A stretch of 64,000 bases of DNA, from assembly GCA_964469295.1 (NCBI GenBank), contig CAYXYJ010000006.1, positions 4,682 to 68,681 on the forward strand. Direction: 5' to 3'. Under the pieces are notes generated by a model. The model ran no database searches and was not told the origin of the DNA. It saw only the letters and a program-made list of their open reading frames with translations. The stretch is from an uncultured Candidatus Saccharibacteria bacterium. GTDB taxonomy: Bacteria > Patescibacteriota > Minisyncoccia > Phycocordibacterales > UBA918. The translations under genes and the position numbers were made by a program. Every line of letters starts with the position of its first letter. The stretch's first letter is position 1. This document shows, one piece after another, positions 19,616 through 29,221 of the stretch.

Positions 19616-19753
19616 TTCAACGCGTCGATTGGCTATTTCAGACTGCGGGAGCGTTTTGGCGGACACCTGCAGTTGGTGAACGGCGATCCACCATAAAAGA
19701 CCAATGACAAATAGACTGCCGATACCGATTATTTGTCGCACTTGATTGTTCAT
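19613..19753 (-). CDS. small hydrophobic peptide (46 aa), candidate
   Basis: MNNQVRQIIGIGSLFVIGLLWWIAVHQLQVSAKTLPQSEIANRRVE; strong SD ggagaa 5 nt upstream; below the ORF-track size cutoff; stop overlaps the terminator. Confidence 0.35.
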   Translation of the reverse strand: MNNQVRQIIGIGSLFVIGLLWWIAVHQLQVSAKTLPQSEIANRRVE

Positions 19754-19980
19754 TTGTTCTCCGTTGATGTACTCGTCATATATATACCACAAACAATTTT
19801 ATTTGGCTTGTGAATACGCTTTGTCTATCCCTATTGCCGATTTGTTGCTGATGACGTATAGTACTCGCGCGATGCCCGTTGTGGCATTTTCTTTTCTCAC
19901 GACGCACCCCAATTGCGTTTGGCATAAAAGACGCATGGAGATATTTATACAATTATTCATTTACACACATATATATACGT

Positions 19981-22152
19981 ATGGCAAGAAAGTTTCCCCT
20001 TAATAGAGTTCGTAACTTTGGTATTGTGGCTCACGTCGACGCCGGCAAAACGACCACGTCCGAGCGTGTGTTGTTTTACACTGGTATGACGCACAAACTC
20101 GGTGAAGTGCATGATGGCGCGACGGTGACCGATTGGATGGAACAGGAACGCGAACGCGGTATCACCATTACTGCGGCGGCGATTTCCTGCAACTGGTCAA
20201 AGTCTGATGTCGTTGATCGCAAGGACGAGTCACAGATGTACACCTTTAACGTGATCGACACGCCGGGGCACATTGACTTTACCGCTGAGGTGAAGCGTTC
20301 GATGCGCGTGCTTGATGGTGCGGTCGTTGTATTTGACTCAGTTGCTGGGGTAGAACCACAATCAGAAACCAACTGGGGCTATGCAGACGAGGCAAAAGTA
20401 CCTCGTATTTGTTACATAAACAAGATGGATCGTCTTGGTGCATCTTTTGAAAAGTCGTACCAAAGTATTCTTGATCGTCTTTCAAAGAAAGCCGTACGAG
20501 TACAACTTCCTTGGGGTGCGGAAGACCAGTTGAAAGGGGTGATTGATTTGGTGCGCATGAAAGCGTACACTTTTGAAGGTGAAATGGGGACTACGATTAC
20601 CGAACACGAAATCCCAGCTGAACTCAAAGACGATGCCGAAATGTATCGCGCCGAGTTGATTGAACGAGTGGTTGAACACGATGATGCGTTAATGGAAGCA
20701 TACTTGGCTGGGGAAACGCCGACCCTTGAACAACTCAAGGCGACGCTCCGAAAAGCGGTCATTGCTAACGAATTATTTCCAGTGTTTACTGGCTCATCAC
20801 TAAAAAATATCGGTGTCCAATTGGTGCTTGACGGAGTGGTTGATTATCTCCCCGCTCCGACTGATCTTGAAGCGGTCAAAGGTATTGATCCAAATACCGA
20901 AGCCGAAATTATTCGTAACGCTTCAGATGAAGAACCGTTCTGTGCGTTGGCGTTTAAATTACAAACTGACCCGTTTGTGGGACAGCTCACATTTTTCCGC
21001 GTGTACTCAGGAGTCGTGAAAGCTGGTAGTTACATTTATAATGCCACCACTGGACAAAAAGAACGTCTTGGACGAATTGTACGATTGATGGCTGATAAAC
21101 GAACGGAAATTGAAGAAGTTTACGCTGGTGAAATCGCTGCGGGTGTAGGCTTGAAAGATGTAAAAACCTCGCATACATTGTGTGATGAAGCCCATCCAAT
21201 TATTTTGGAACAAATTGTTTTCCCAGAACCGGTGATTGCGATGAGTGTTGAACCAAAATCAAAGAACGATCAAGAAAAGATGGGAACAGCGCTCAAAAAA
21301 TTGGCTGATGAAGACCCAACCTTCAAAATCTCTACTGATGAAGAAACCATGCAAACGATTATTGGCGGAATGGGTGAGTTGCACCTCGAAATCATGGTTG
21401 ACCGAATGAAGCGAGAATTCAATGTTGAAGCAAATGTCGGAGCGCCACAAGTAGCCTATCGCGAAACGATTCAACGAGAAGCGGAAGCGGAATACAAATA
21501 CATCAAACAATCCGGCGGTCGCGGTCAGTATGGACACGTGAAAATCAAGATTCGTCCAATGGTGGCGCTTGAAGAAGGAAAAGAGCCAGCCAAAAATGTC
21601 ACTCGCGAAGACCACTTTGAATTTGTGAACAACATTAAAGGTGGAGTGATTCCTGGTGAATATATTCCGGCAGTAATGAAAGGGGCTAGAGAAGCGATGG
21701 CACGTGGGTTTGTGGCTGGATACAAAATGGAAGATATCTCAGTCGAATTATACGATGGATCATTCCATGATGTAGACTCTTCAGAAATTGCTTTTAAACT
21801 AGCATCTATCTATGCGTTTAAAGAGGCTGCCGCCAAAGCGGGGGCGGTCTTGCTCGAGCCTGTGATGAAAGTGGAAATTCGGACTCCAGAGCAGTTTATG
21901 GGTGATGTTAACGGTAATATTTCGAGTAAGCGGGGGCAGGTAGAAGGTTTGGGTGAGCTTGGCGACAAGAAAGTCATCACCGCCCAAGTGCCTCTCTCGG
22001 AAATGTTTGGCTATACCAATACATTACGATCTATGACCCAAGGTCGCGCATCAATGACGATGACGTTTGACCACTATGATGTGGTGCCACCAAATATTGC
22101 CGTAGAAATCAAAAAGGCTCGTGGCATGAAAGATGTGGTAGAAGAAGAATAA
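19981..22152 (+). CDS. fusA: elongation factor G
   Basis: starts MARKFPLNRVRNFGIVAHVDAGKTTT (inside the 19879 ORF); full EF-G domain complement, 723 aa. Confidence 0.92.
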   Translation: MARKFPLNRVRNFGIVAHVDAGKTTTSERVLFYTGMTHKLGEVHDGATVTDWMEQERERGITITAAAISCNWSKSDVVDRKDESQMYTFNVIDTPGHIDFTAEVKRSMRVLDGAVVVFDSVAGVEPQSETNWGYADEAKVPRICYINKMDRLGASFEKSYQSILDRLSKKAVRVQLPWGAEDQLKGVIDLVRMKAYTFEGEMGTTITEHEIPAELKDDAEMYRAELIERVVEHDDALMEAYLAGETPTLEQLKATLRKAVIANELFPVFTGSSLKNIGVQLVLDGVVDYLPAPTDLEAVKGIDPNTEAEIIRNASDEEPFCALAFKLQTDPFVGQLTFFRVYSGVVKAGSYIYNATTGQKERLGRIVRLMADKRTEIEEVYAGEIAAGVGLKDVKTSHTLCDEAHPIILEQIVFPEPVIAMSVEPKSKNDQEKMGTALKKLADEDPTFKISTDEETMQTIIGGMGELHLEIMVDRMKREFNVEANVGAPQVAYRETIQREAEAEYKYIKQSGGRGQYGHVKIKIRPMVALEEGKEPAKNVTREDHFEFVNNIKGGVIPGEYIPAVMKGAREAMARGFVAGYKMEDISVELYDGSFHDVDSSEIAFKLASIYAFKEAAAKAGAVLLEPVMKVEIRTPEQFMGDVNGNISSKRGQVEGLGELGDKKVITAQVPLSEMFGYTNTLRSMTQGRASMTMTFDHYDVVPPNIAVEIKKARGMKDVVEEE

Positions 22153-22172
22153 TTCATAGCATCAACGAAAAC

Positions 22173-22201
22173 AAAAATCCGCTATTGCGGATTTTTGTTT
22201 T
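22173..22201 (+). terminator. intrinsic terminator after fusA
   Basis: aaaaatccgc tatt gcggattttt + gtttt. Confidence 0.7.
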
Positions 22202-22274
22202 CCGTAGGAATGAAAATATAATTTTACACAGCATCGTACCAGAGCACGATTTTCATACCGTATACTATAGGTAC

Positions 22275-23444
22275 ATGTTATCTCGTGCCACATATTTTAC
22301 TGTGCAATTTTTATTTTGGGGTTGGTTGTTTATGGTGATGATGATTCCTAAGGCATCGGCTCAATTTGTTGCCCCGGTTGATTTAGATGGCTACGCCTGG
22401 AGTAGTACGGTTGGGTGGATTTCGTTTAACTGCGCGACGGGTGGTTTGACCGGCAATAATATTTGTGCGACCAGTAATTATAAAGTGAGTATAGACGCCG
22501 ATGGTGACGTCAGTGGCTACGCCTGGAGCAACAATGTCGGATGGATTAAATTTGGTGGACTATCGTCTTTTCCTAGTCAGGGCGGTACGTATGCCGGAAA
22601 TGCGCGAGTTGTGGGTTCGTTTCCAAATTATACCTTTGAAGGTTGGGCCCGTGCCTGTGCTGGCACTGATAATCCGACAGTCTCTGAAGCAAAAAACTGT
22701 TCAGTTATGACTCTTAATGATAACAGTGGAAATTGGGATGGCTGGATATCACTTCGCAAAACTACGGCTACGGCATACAGTGTTCGATTGGATCGAACAA
22801 CCGGTATGGCCAGTAACTCCTATGCTTGGGGGAGTACCGTGGTCGGGTGGATTGATATGTCCTCGGTAACATTTGTACCACTTTCGTCATCGCTCAGTGG
22901 TACTGCTTGCCAAATACCGCTTGCAGGTAGTAGTTGCATTGGCCGTTTAACGTGGACGATTCATTCTTCTGCTCCCAGTCCAAGTATCTATAATGTCCGT
23001 ACCAGCAGTAATGTGAGTACGAATTATAGCGGTACCAATCAAACCGTTACCTTAAACCAAGGTAGTACCGAATTTACCGCCCGAACCGGCACTACCGAAC
23101 TACAAAGTGTTACCTTAACTCCGACGTGTGTGGCGGGCACTAGTTGGAACGGGACGGTTTGTGGGACACCACCACCAGTTATCACGATTACCGCGGATCG
23201 TTCAATGGTACGTAACGGCGGTACAGCGCAATTAACTTGGACCATCAATCGCAATCCGCTCGATGATGGTAGCTGTACGGTAGCAGGACCCGGCATCAGT
23301 CAAACCGGTGTAACAACAAATGGATCACAAACGAGTGCTGCCCTCAGTGGTACCAGCAATTTTGACTTTAGTTGTACGGGTACGTATGGAACGGTATCAG
23401 CTCGGGCGACGGTGGAGGTGGTGCCGGTGGTGACTGAAATCTAA
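22275..23444 (+). CDS. secreted W-rich repeat protein (three YAWSxxVGWIxF repeats) with Cys/Thr/Ser-rich C-terminal region
   Basis: signal-peptide-like start MLSRATYFTVQFLFWGWLFMVMMIPKASA; repeats DGYAWSSTVGWISF, SGYAWSNNVGWIKF, NSYAWGSTVVGWIDM; sits between fusA and tuf. Confidence 0.7.
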   Translation: MLSRATYFTVQFLFWGWLFMVMMIPKASAQFVAPVDLDGYAWSSTVGWISFNCATGGLTGNNICATSNYKVSIDADGDVSGYAWSNNVGWIKFGGLSSFPSQGGTYAGNARVVGSFPNYTFEGWARACAGTDNPTVSEAKNCSVMTLNDNSGNWDGWISLRKTTATAYSVRLDRTTGMASNSYAWGSTVVGWIDMSSVTFVPLSSSLSGTACQIPLAGSSCIGRLTWTIHSSAPSPSIYNVRTSSNVSTNYSGTNQTVTLNQGSTEFTARTGTTELQSVTLTPTCVAGTSWNGTVCGTPPPVITITADRSMVRNGGTAQLTWTINRNPLDDGSCTVAGPGISQTGVTTNGSQTSAALSGTSNFDFSCTGTYGTVSARATVEVVPVVTEI

Positions 23445-23848
23445 TGGTTCTATTTTGTATGAAAAATTCAACAATTCAAAAATTAGTTACATTCGGTCTC
23501 GTTATTGTTTTAAGTGGCATTGTTGGTGGATATATTTATTTGGGGATGCAACAAGCTAAAACAGCGGAAATAACCACTACACCAACTGTAGATGAAACTG
23601 GAATCGTGCCAACAACTGATGCTACGACCAACGAGTTGACGCTTGAAGAAAAAACCAAGATGCTAGAAGCCCTCGCTGATCACACTACTAGTTCTGACCG
23701 TCTGTCACCCGAAGAACGAACAGAAATACTGGAAGCACTCGAATCATCCTCAACCGAACCAGATGCGATACCATTGACAGCTGAAGAAAAATTCAGTCGT
23801 TTGCAAAAATTAAACCAGGACGAAAGCGCGTTAGTGGTTCCAGAATAG
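23444..23848 (+). CDS. small membrane-anchored protein (134 aa), translationally coupled (TAATG) to upstream gene
   Basis: N-terminal TM helix, T/E-rich extracellular tail; start overlaps previous stop. Confidence 0.5.
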   Translation: MVLFCMKNSTIQKLVTFGLVIVLSGIVGGYIYLGMQQAKTAEITTTPTVDETGIVPTTDATTNELTLEEKTKMLEALADHTTSSDRLSPEERTEILEALESSSTEPDAIPLTAEEKFSRLQKLNQDESALVVPE

Positions 23849-23858
23849 GAAATATTAC

Positions 23859-23886
23859 TTGCAAATGTAAAGCAATCTGCTACTAT
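23859..23886 (+). promoter_or_regulatory. putative promoter for tuf-rpsJ (TTGCAA-N16-TACTAT)
   Basis: ttgcaa 23859-23864, tactat 23881-23886; followed by ~180-nt leader containing hairpin gcttttta atac taaaaagc (24010-24029). Confidence 0.45.
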
Positions 23887-24068
23887 GGCGAGACCGCCAC
23901 AGCTTTTGGCTGTTGTCGGAGCGATTATATTTGCTCTTTCACACCGTCTTGGTGTCCATTCGTAGCGCGACATTGTTCTCGCGCCGTTACGATTGAACTA
24001 TCAAGCACCGCTTTTTAATACTAAAAAGCAGCTGTGTGCGGATTATTATTTACGTAACAATCAATTTT

Positions 24069-25262
24069 ATGGCTGGTACTTTTGACCGCTCAAAGCCGCA
24101 CGTAAACGTTGGTACTATTGGTCACGTTGACCACGGTAAAACAACGCTCACCGCTGCTATTCTTAATACTCTTAATTCTCGTGGTAATGGTTACAGTGCT
24201 GCGATGAAGGGTGTTGACGAAATCGATAAGGCGCCTGAAGAAAAGGCTCGTGGTATTACTATTTCTCTTTCACACAGTGAATACGAAACACCAAATCGTC
24301 ACTACGCGCACATTGACGCGCCTGGTCACGCTGACTACATCAAAAACATGATTACTGGTGCTGCCCAAATGGACGGTGCGGTACTTGTAGTGGCAGCAAC
24401 AGATGGTGCGATGCCACAAACTCGTGAACACGTATTGTTGGCCAAACAAGTAGGTGTGCCAAACATCATTGTTTTCCTCAACAAGTGTGACATGGTTGAT
24501 GATGAAGAAATGCTTATGCTCGTGGAAGAAGAATTGCGTGAACTCCTTACCAAGAACGGATTTGATGGTGCTAATGCCCCAATCATTCACGGTTCAGGTC
24601 TCCAAGCACTCAATGATCCAGCCAGTAAATGGGGTGATAAAGTGATTGAACTCGTTGATGCGATGGACTCATACTTCCCACTACCAGAACGTCAACTTGA
24701 TAAACCATTCTTGATGCCAGTAGAAGACATTTTCTCTATTGAAGGTCGAGGAACAGTGGTAACTGGTCGTGTCGAACGAGGTGCGGTAAAAGTAGGTGAG
24801 GAAATTGAAATTGTTGGTATTAAAGATACCATGGCTACGACTGTCACTGGTGTAGAAATGTTCAATAAGTCACTTGACCAAGCACAAGCGGGAGACAATG
24901 CTGGTATTTTGCTTCGTGGTACTAAGAAAGAAGACGTACACCGCGGACAAGTATTGGCTAAGAAAGGTTCTGTTACTCCACATACTGAATTTGAAGCCGA
25001 AGTATACGTGCTTTCAAAAGACGAAGGTGGTCGTCACACGCCGTTTTTCTCTGGTTACAAGCCACAATTTTACGTTCGTACTACAGACGTAACAGGAGAC
25101 GTAACGCTTGCTGATGGTGTTGAGATGGTGATGCCAGGAGACACTGCCAAATTCAAAGTTAAGCTCGTAGCGCCAGTAGCGCTTGAAGAGCAACAAAACT
25201 TTGCGATTCGTGAAGGCGGTAAGACTGTTGGTGCTGGTGTTGTCACCAAAATCATTGCGTAG
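24069..25262 (+). CDS. tuf: elongation factor Tu
   Basis: [31 protein letters not shown]...; start at ATG 24069 inside the 24036 ORF. Confidence 0.93.
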   Translation: MAGTFDRSKPHVNVGTIGHVDHGKTTLTAAILNTLNSRGNGYSAAMKGVDEIDKAPEEKARGITISLSHSEYETPNRHYAHIDAPGHADYIKNMITGAAQMDGAVLVVAATDGAMPQTREHVLLAKQVGVPNIIVFLNKCDMVDDEEMLMLVEEELRELLTKNGFDGANAPIIHGSGLQALNDPASKWGDKVIELVDAMDSYFPLPERQLDKPFLMPVEDIFSIEGRGTVVTGRVERGAVKVGEEIEIVGIKDTMATTVTGVEMFNKSLDQAQAGDNAGILLRGTKKEDVHRGQVLAKKGSVTPHTEFEAEVYVLSKDEGGRHTPFFSGYKPQFYVRTTDVTGDVTLADGVEMVMPGDTAKFKVKLVAPVALEEQQNFAIREGGKTVGAGVVTKIIA

Positions 25263-25302
25263 TCGATTTTCGTCGCAATTACTTTTGTAGCAATAAAACT
25301 GT

Positions 25303-25647
25303 ATGGCAACTACCAAGACATCTAAATCAGCAACTGATACGATCGCGAAACTTCGAATTCGTGTGCGAGCATACGAACACAAGATTCTCGACGCTTCAGT
25401 GAAACAAATCATCGATACCGCTTTGCGTTTTGACGCAAAAGTGGTTGGACCAATTCCACTGCCAACCGAAATCAAGAAATATACCGTTAATCGCTCCACG
25501 TTCGTATATAAAGACGCGCGAGAACAATTCGAAATGCGAATGCATAAACGAGTTATTGATATCTTGAATCCGGGTCCAAAAGTGGTTGAAGCACTCACGA
25601 ATCTGTCATTGCCCTCTGGCGTCAATATTGATGTCAAGATGATGTAA
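25303..25647 (+). CDS. rpsJ: 30S ribosomal protein S10
   Basis: 114 aa; [12 protein letters not shown]...VVGPIPLPT... typical S10. Confidence 0.9.
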   Translation: MATTKTSKSATDTIAKLRIRVRAYEHKILDASVKQIIDTALRFDAKVVGPIPLPTEIKKYTVNRSTFVYKDAREQFEMRMHKRVIDILNPGPKVVEALTNLSLPSGVNIDVKMM

Positions 25648-25867
25648 AGTGAGCCAACGAGCCGTGGGCGACTATGGCGAATTTTCTTCACATTTTCTAT
25701 TCCTAATGAAAATGTGAAGGAGCTCGGTATAATAGTGTCTTGCCTAAAGCGACAATGGCAAACTTTCGCGAGTAATTTGTCCACCTAGGCAAGTTATATG
25801 CGTCGTTCTTTCAAACAGAACACAGTGATGCAACAACAAAAACATTAGAGTTTTGGTTGGTCATACA

Positions 25868-25905
25868 ACACAAAAACCATTCCCTAGGGAATGGTTTTTG
25901 TGTTG
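25868..25905 (+). terminator. intrinsic terminator between rpsJ and rplC
   Basis: acacaaaaaccattccc tag ggaatggtttttgtgt perfect palindrome. Confidence 0.7.
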
Positions 25906-25958
25906 ACGCATCTATTATTTTGCAACGCATAAAGAAATCAAGAATATTTTTGAGCTAC

Positions 25959-25986
25959 TTGCAATAGTTGGAAAATCGGGTATAGT
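25959..25986 (+). promoter_or_regulatory. putative promoter for rplC-rplD-rplW-rplB (TTGCAA-N16-TATAGT)
   Basis: ttgcaa 25959-25964, tatagt 25981-25986; a second TTGCAA-N17-AATATT lies ~40 bp upstream. Confidence 0.45.
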
Positions 25987-26155
25987 AGCGGGAGCTTTTA
26001 AAGACCTACGTTCGTAGAAGGTGCCGATACTATAGGTGCTGGAGAACCACTGGGCACAAATCGCGCTTTTATCGATGCGAGCTTGTGCTTGCGCGATAGG
26101 GCGCGATTTGTTGTGGGGTCAATAAAAAGCCATTTTATTCGATAATCCACACTAA

Positions 26156-26776
26156 ATGAAGTTTATTGTTGGAACCAAAGATCAAATGACTCAAGTCTTT
26201 GATGGTAACGGGGTTTGTCATCCAGCCACGATTGTGCGGGTGTCACCGGCAACTATCACCAAAATTAAGTCAATTGCATCTGATGGCTATGATGCGGTGC
26301 AGATTGCGACCGGATCACAAAAAGATCATCGCATTGCCAAAGCGCAAAAGGGTCAATACGCTGGCGTTGCTGTCGTTCGAGAGTTTCGTCCAAAAGCGAC
26401 ATATGGTGAAACCATGCCGACGTTGGCAACGGGTGATACCATTGATGCGGGGGTGTTTGCTCCAGGTGACACTGTTACCGTCAGTGCGGTATCAAAAGGA
26501 AAAGGATTTCAGGGGGTCGTCAAACGTCATGGTTTTGGCGGTGGACGTCGGTCTCATGGACAGAAACATTCTGAACGTGAACCAGGATCTATCGGTGCTA
26601 CCGGATTCAAACGCGTTATCAAAGGATTGCGCATGGCTGGTCGCATGGGAAGTGATCGAATTACTGTCAAAAATCTCACTGTATTACAGGTAAATCCGAG
26701 CGAGAATCTTCTCCTTATTAAAGGGGCAATTCCGGGTCGAAAAGGATCATTAGTCGAAGTACGCCAAAGCGTCTAA
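26156..26776 (+). CDS. rplC: 50S ribosomal protein L3
   Basis: 206 aa, MKFIVGTKDQMTQVFDGNG... Confidence 0.92.
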   Translation: MKFIVGTKDQMTQVFDGNGVCHPATIVRVSPATITKIKSIASDGYDAVQIATGSQKDHRIAKAQKGQYAGVAVVREFRPKATYGETMPTLATGDTIDAGVFAPGDTVTVSAVSKGKGFQGVVKRHGFGGGRRSHGQKHSEREPGSIGATGFKRVIKGLRMAGRMGSDRITVKNLTVLQVNPSENLLLIKGAIPGRKGSLVEVRQSV

Positions 26777-26787
26777 TTTCCTCACGT

Positions 26788-27468
26788 ATGAATGCAATAA
26801 TCTATACTCCAGAAGGAAAAGAACAAGGCAATATTACGTTGCCGGACAGTGTATTTGGTGTCGTTTGGAATGCCACCTTGGTACATGACGTTGTGGTCGC
26901 TATGCAAGCGAATGCTCGCACGAGTAGTGCCCACACCAAAGATCGTAGTGAAGTCAGTGGCGGCGGTAAAAAACCATGGAAGCAAAAGGGTACCGGCCGT
27001 GCTCGACACGGGTCATCTCGCAGCCCAATTTGGGTTGGTGGCGGTATCGCTCATGGACCACGCAACGAAAAAGACTACAGTGTAAAATTGAACAAAAAAG
27101 TCAAAGCAAAGGCTTTGGCGACGGTATTGTCAAAAAAGCATGCCGATGGAGAAGTTATCTTTGTTGACGGTTTGTCTTTTGATGAACCAAAAGCAGCCAT
27201 GGCAAAAACCATTGTTAAAGCCGTTGCCACGGGGTCAGGAAAAGTTGATCTCGCTACCAAGCGCAAAAATGCCGCTTTGGTGGTCCTCGCCAATCGTGAT
27301 TTGGCAATTGAAAAAAGTTTCCGAAACTTTGGCAATATTGAAGTGGCTCAAGTAAAGGATATTAATCCGGTTGATCTCCTTACGTACAAGTATGTAGTGG
27401 TAACAGCACCAGTGGCTGCCATGGAACAACTTGAAAAACGCGTAGCGGCAGTGACACCACGTAAATAA
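26788..27468 (+). CDS. rplD: 50S ribosomal protein L4
   Basis: 226 aa, ...GGGKKPWKQKGTGRARHGSSRSPIWVGGG... Confidence 0.92.
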   Translation: MNAIIYTPEGKEQGNITLPDSVFGVVWNATLVHDVVVAMQANARTSSAHTKDRSEVSGGGKKPWKQKGTGRARHGSSRSPIWVGGGIAHGPRNEKDYSVKLNKKVKAKALATVLSKKHADGEVIFVDGLSFDEPKAAMAKTIVKAVATGSGKVDLATKRKNAALVVLANRDLAIEKSFRNFGNIEVAQVKDINPVDLLTYKYVVVTAPVAAMEQLEKRVAAVTPRK

Positions 27469-27473
27469 CATAT

Positions 27474-27836
27474 ATGGCATTATTCAGTCGTTCTAAAAAA
27501 GCTTCTGCAGATACTACTACTGCGATTGCTGCAACACAGGCAAAAATCATTGATCGTGATTTGACCTCTGTGATCGTTGCTCCGGTGATTACCGAAAAAG
27601 CAATGATGGGGCACGATCGTCACGTGTACACCTTTTTTGTGCGAAAAGACGCAACAAAACATCTTGTACACGATGCGGTAAAGACGCTGTATGGAGTGAC
27701 GCCGGTGTCTGTAAACATCGTTAACAAATTACCACGCGCCAGCATGTCACGTGCTCGCGGTCGCATTACCAAGGAGTCCGGCTACAAGAAGGCATATGTC
27801 TACTTGAAAGACGGCGATACTATTAGTGTTGCGTAA
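27474..27836 (+). CDS. rplW: 50S ribosomal protein L23
   Basis: 120 aa, ...VIVAPVITEKAM... Confidence 0.88.
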   Translation: MALFSRSKKASADTTTAIAATQAKIIDRDLTSVIVAPVITEKAMMGHDRHVYTFFVRKDATKHLVHDAVKTLYGVTPVSVNIVNKLPRASMSRARGRITKESGYKKAYVYLKDGDTISVA

Positions 27837-27847
27837 TATCATTCGCT

Positions 27848-28708
27848 ATGAAAGCATATAAACCAACATCAGCTGGTCGCCGTGATGCCACGGTTATCGA
27901 GTACAAAAAGAAACTCTCGACCACAAAAAGTACTCCCCGAAAATCATTGACGGTGGGCGGACGCAGTACTGGCGGCCGCAATAATATGGGACGCACCACA
28001 TCCCTCAATCGTGGTGGGGGGAACAAGCGCACCTATCGTCTTATTGATTTCAAATTTGACAAGAAAGAAGTTCCGGCCCGAGTAGAAACCATTGAATACG
28101 ATCCCTATCGTTCTGGCTTTATTGCCTTGGTTGTGTATCGTGATGGTGAACGTCGGTACATTTTGGCACCACAACAGTTATCTGTTGGTGATGAAATCAT
28201 CACTTCAGCCACTGCCAAGCCAAAGATTGGAAATCGGCTCCCGTTAGCGGCAATTCCCGTTGGTACATTTGTATACAATGTTGAATTAAAACCTAACGCT
28301 GGTGCTCGTCTCGGTCGTTCCGCTGGTAACTACGCGGAAGTGGTCGCTCAAGATGGCAATTACACATTAGTGAAATTACCATCAACGGAAATCAGACGAA
28401 TCGTCAATAGTTGCTTTGCCTCAATTGGTGCCGTTTCAAACGAAGAATACCGTTTGGTACAAATTGGTAAAGCTGGGCGCGCTCGTCATATGGGTCTCCG
28501 TCCAAAAACCCGTGGAAGTGCGAAAAATGCCGTTGACCACCCACACGGTGGTGGTGAAGGGCGTGCGCCACGAGGTCATCGTCGAGCTCGTACCAAACAA
28601 GGTCGTCCGGTTGGCAAGGGTCAAAAGACTCGTTCACCAAAGAAACACAGTAACAAGTTTATTGTGGAGCGACGCAAACCTGGTCGTTTGATGACTGCTC
28701 GAAAATAA
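27848..28708 (+). CDS. rplB: 50S ribosomal protein L2
   Basis: 286 aa, ...GRNNMGRTTS...HGGGEGRAP... Confidence 0.93.
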   Translation: MKAYKPTSAGRRDATVIEYKKKLSTTKSTPRKSLTVGGRSTGGRNNMGRTTSLNRGGGNKRTYRLIDFKFDKKEVPARVETIEYDPYRSGFIALVVYRDGERRYILAPQQLSVGDEIITSATAKPKIGNRLPLAAIPVGTFVYNVELKPNAGARLGRSAGNYAEVVAQDGNYTLVKLPSTEIRRIVNSCFASIGAVSNEEYRLVQIGKAGRARHMGLRPKTRGSAKNAVDHPHGGGEGRAPRGHRRARTKQGRPVGKGQKTRSPKKHSNKFIVERRKPGRLMTARK

Positions 28709-28747
28709 AAAGTGTTGCCAGCGGCCAGTTGGCCAAACAAGCAAGCT

Positions 28748-28790
28748 ACAAACATCTCGTACCTACCAAGGACGAGATGTTTGTTTGTAT
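28748..28790 (+). terminator. intrinsic terminator after rplB
   Basis: acaaacatctcgt acctaccaagg acgagatgtttgt + ttgtat. Confidence 0.7.
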
Positions 28791-29221
28791 AGTGGGTAAA
28801 TCTACACCAGTGTAGCTGTCATGATACGTTATACTACACTGACACTAGGAATTTTTATGTCCAGACAATGCCGGATGGCGTGATTACAACAATCTCGCTA
28901 TCGCTGGATTTAATGCGTTTGCGGAAGACGGAAGAGAGGTTTTGTGTACACACGGTAATACCTGTGACAACGAGCAATATCCGTATGGCCAAGGTCTAAC
29001 TTGTTACAATCTCGGGACGTTACAACTCCGTTCACCAAAAATACAACTATTAAATCAATAAAATCTATTTTTGATCGCAATATTCTTTACATTGGATGTA
29101 TTATTTACAATATAGTGCATCCATACTCGACCGTAATCTATATAATTTATTGTGTTTTTGTTATACCCAAAAAAGCAAGTCATAACCACTATTGATGTGT
29201 ATCATTTTGTATAATGATACT

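Noticed and set aside
23881-24000. Possible tRNA gene upstream of tuf (as in the E. coli tufB operon)
   Set aside because: No GTTCRANYC T-loop or cloverleaf could be formed, so it is treated as the tuf leader.
25014-25784. 256-aa minus-strand ORF spanning the tuf 3' end and rpsJ
   Set aside because: It is antisense to two unambiguous, highly conserved genes.
26199-26693. 164-aa + strand ORF overlapping rplC in another frame
   Set aside because: It is an alternate frame of a conserved ribosomal gene.
28857-28985. Cys-rich reading frame (CPDNAGWRDYNNL...GNTCDNEQYPYGQGLTCYN) between rplB and the secreted-protein gene
   Set aside because: It has no start codon in frame (ATG/GTG/TTG absent after the upstream stop). 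It may be a decayed remnant, but this cannot be shown.
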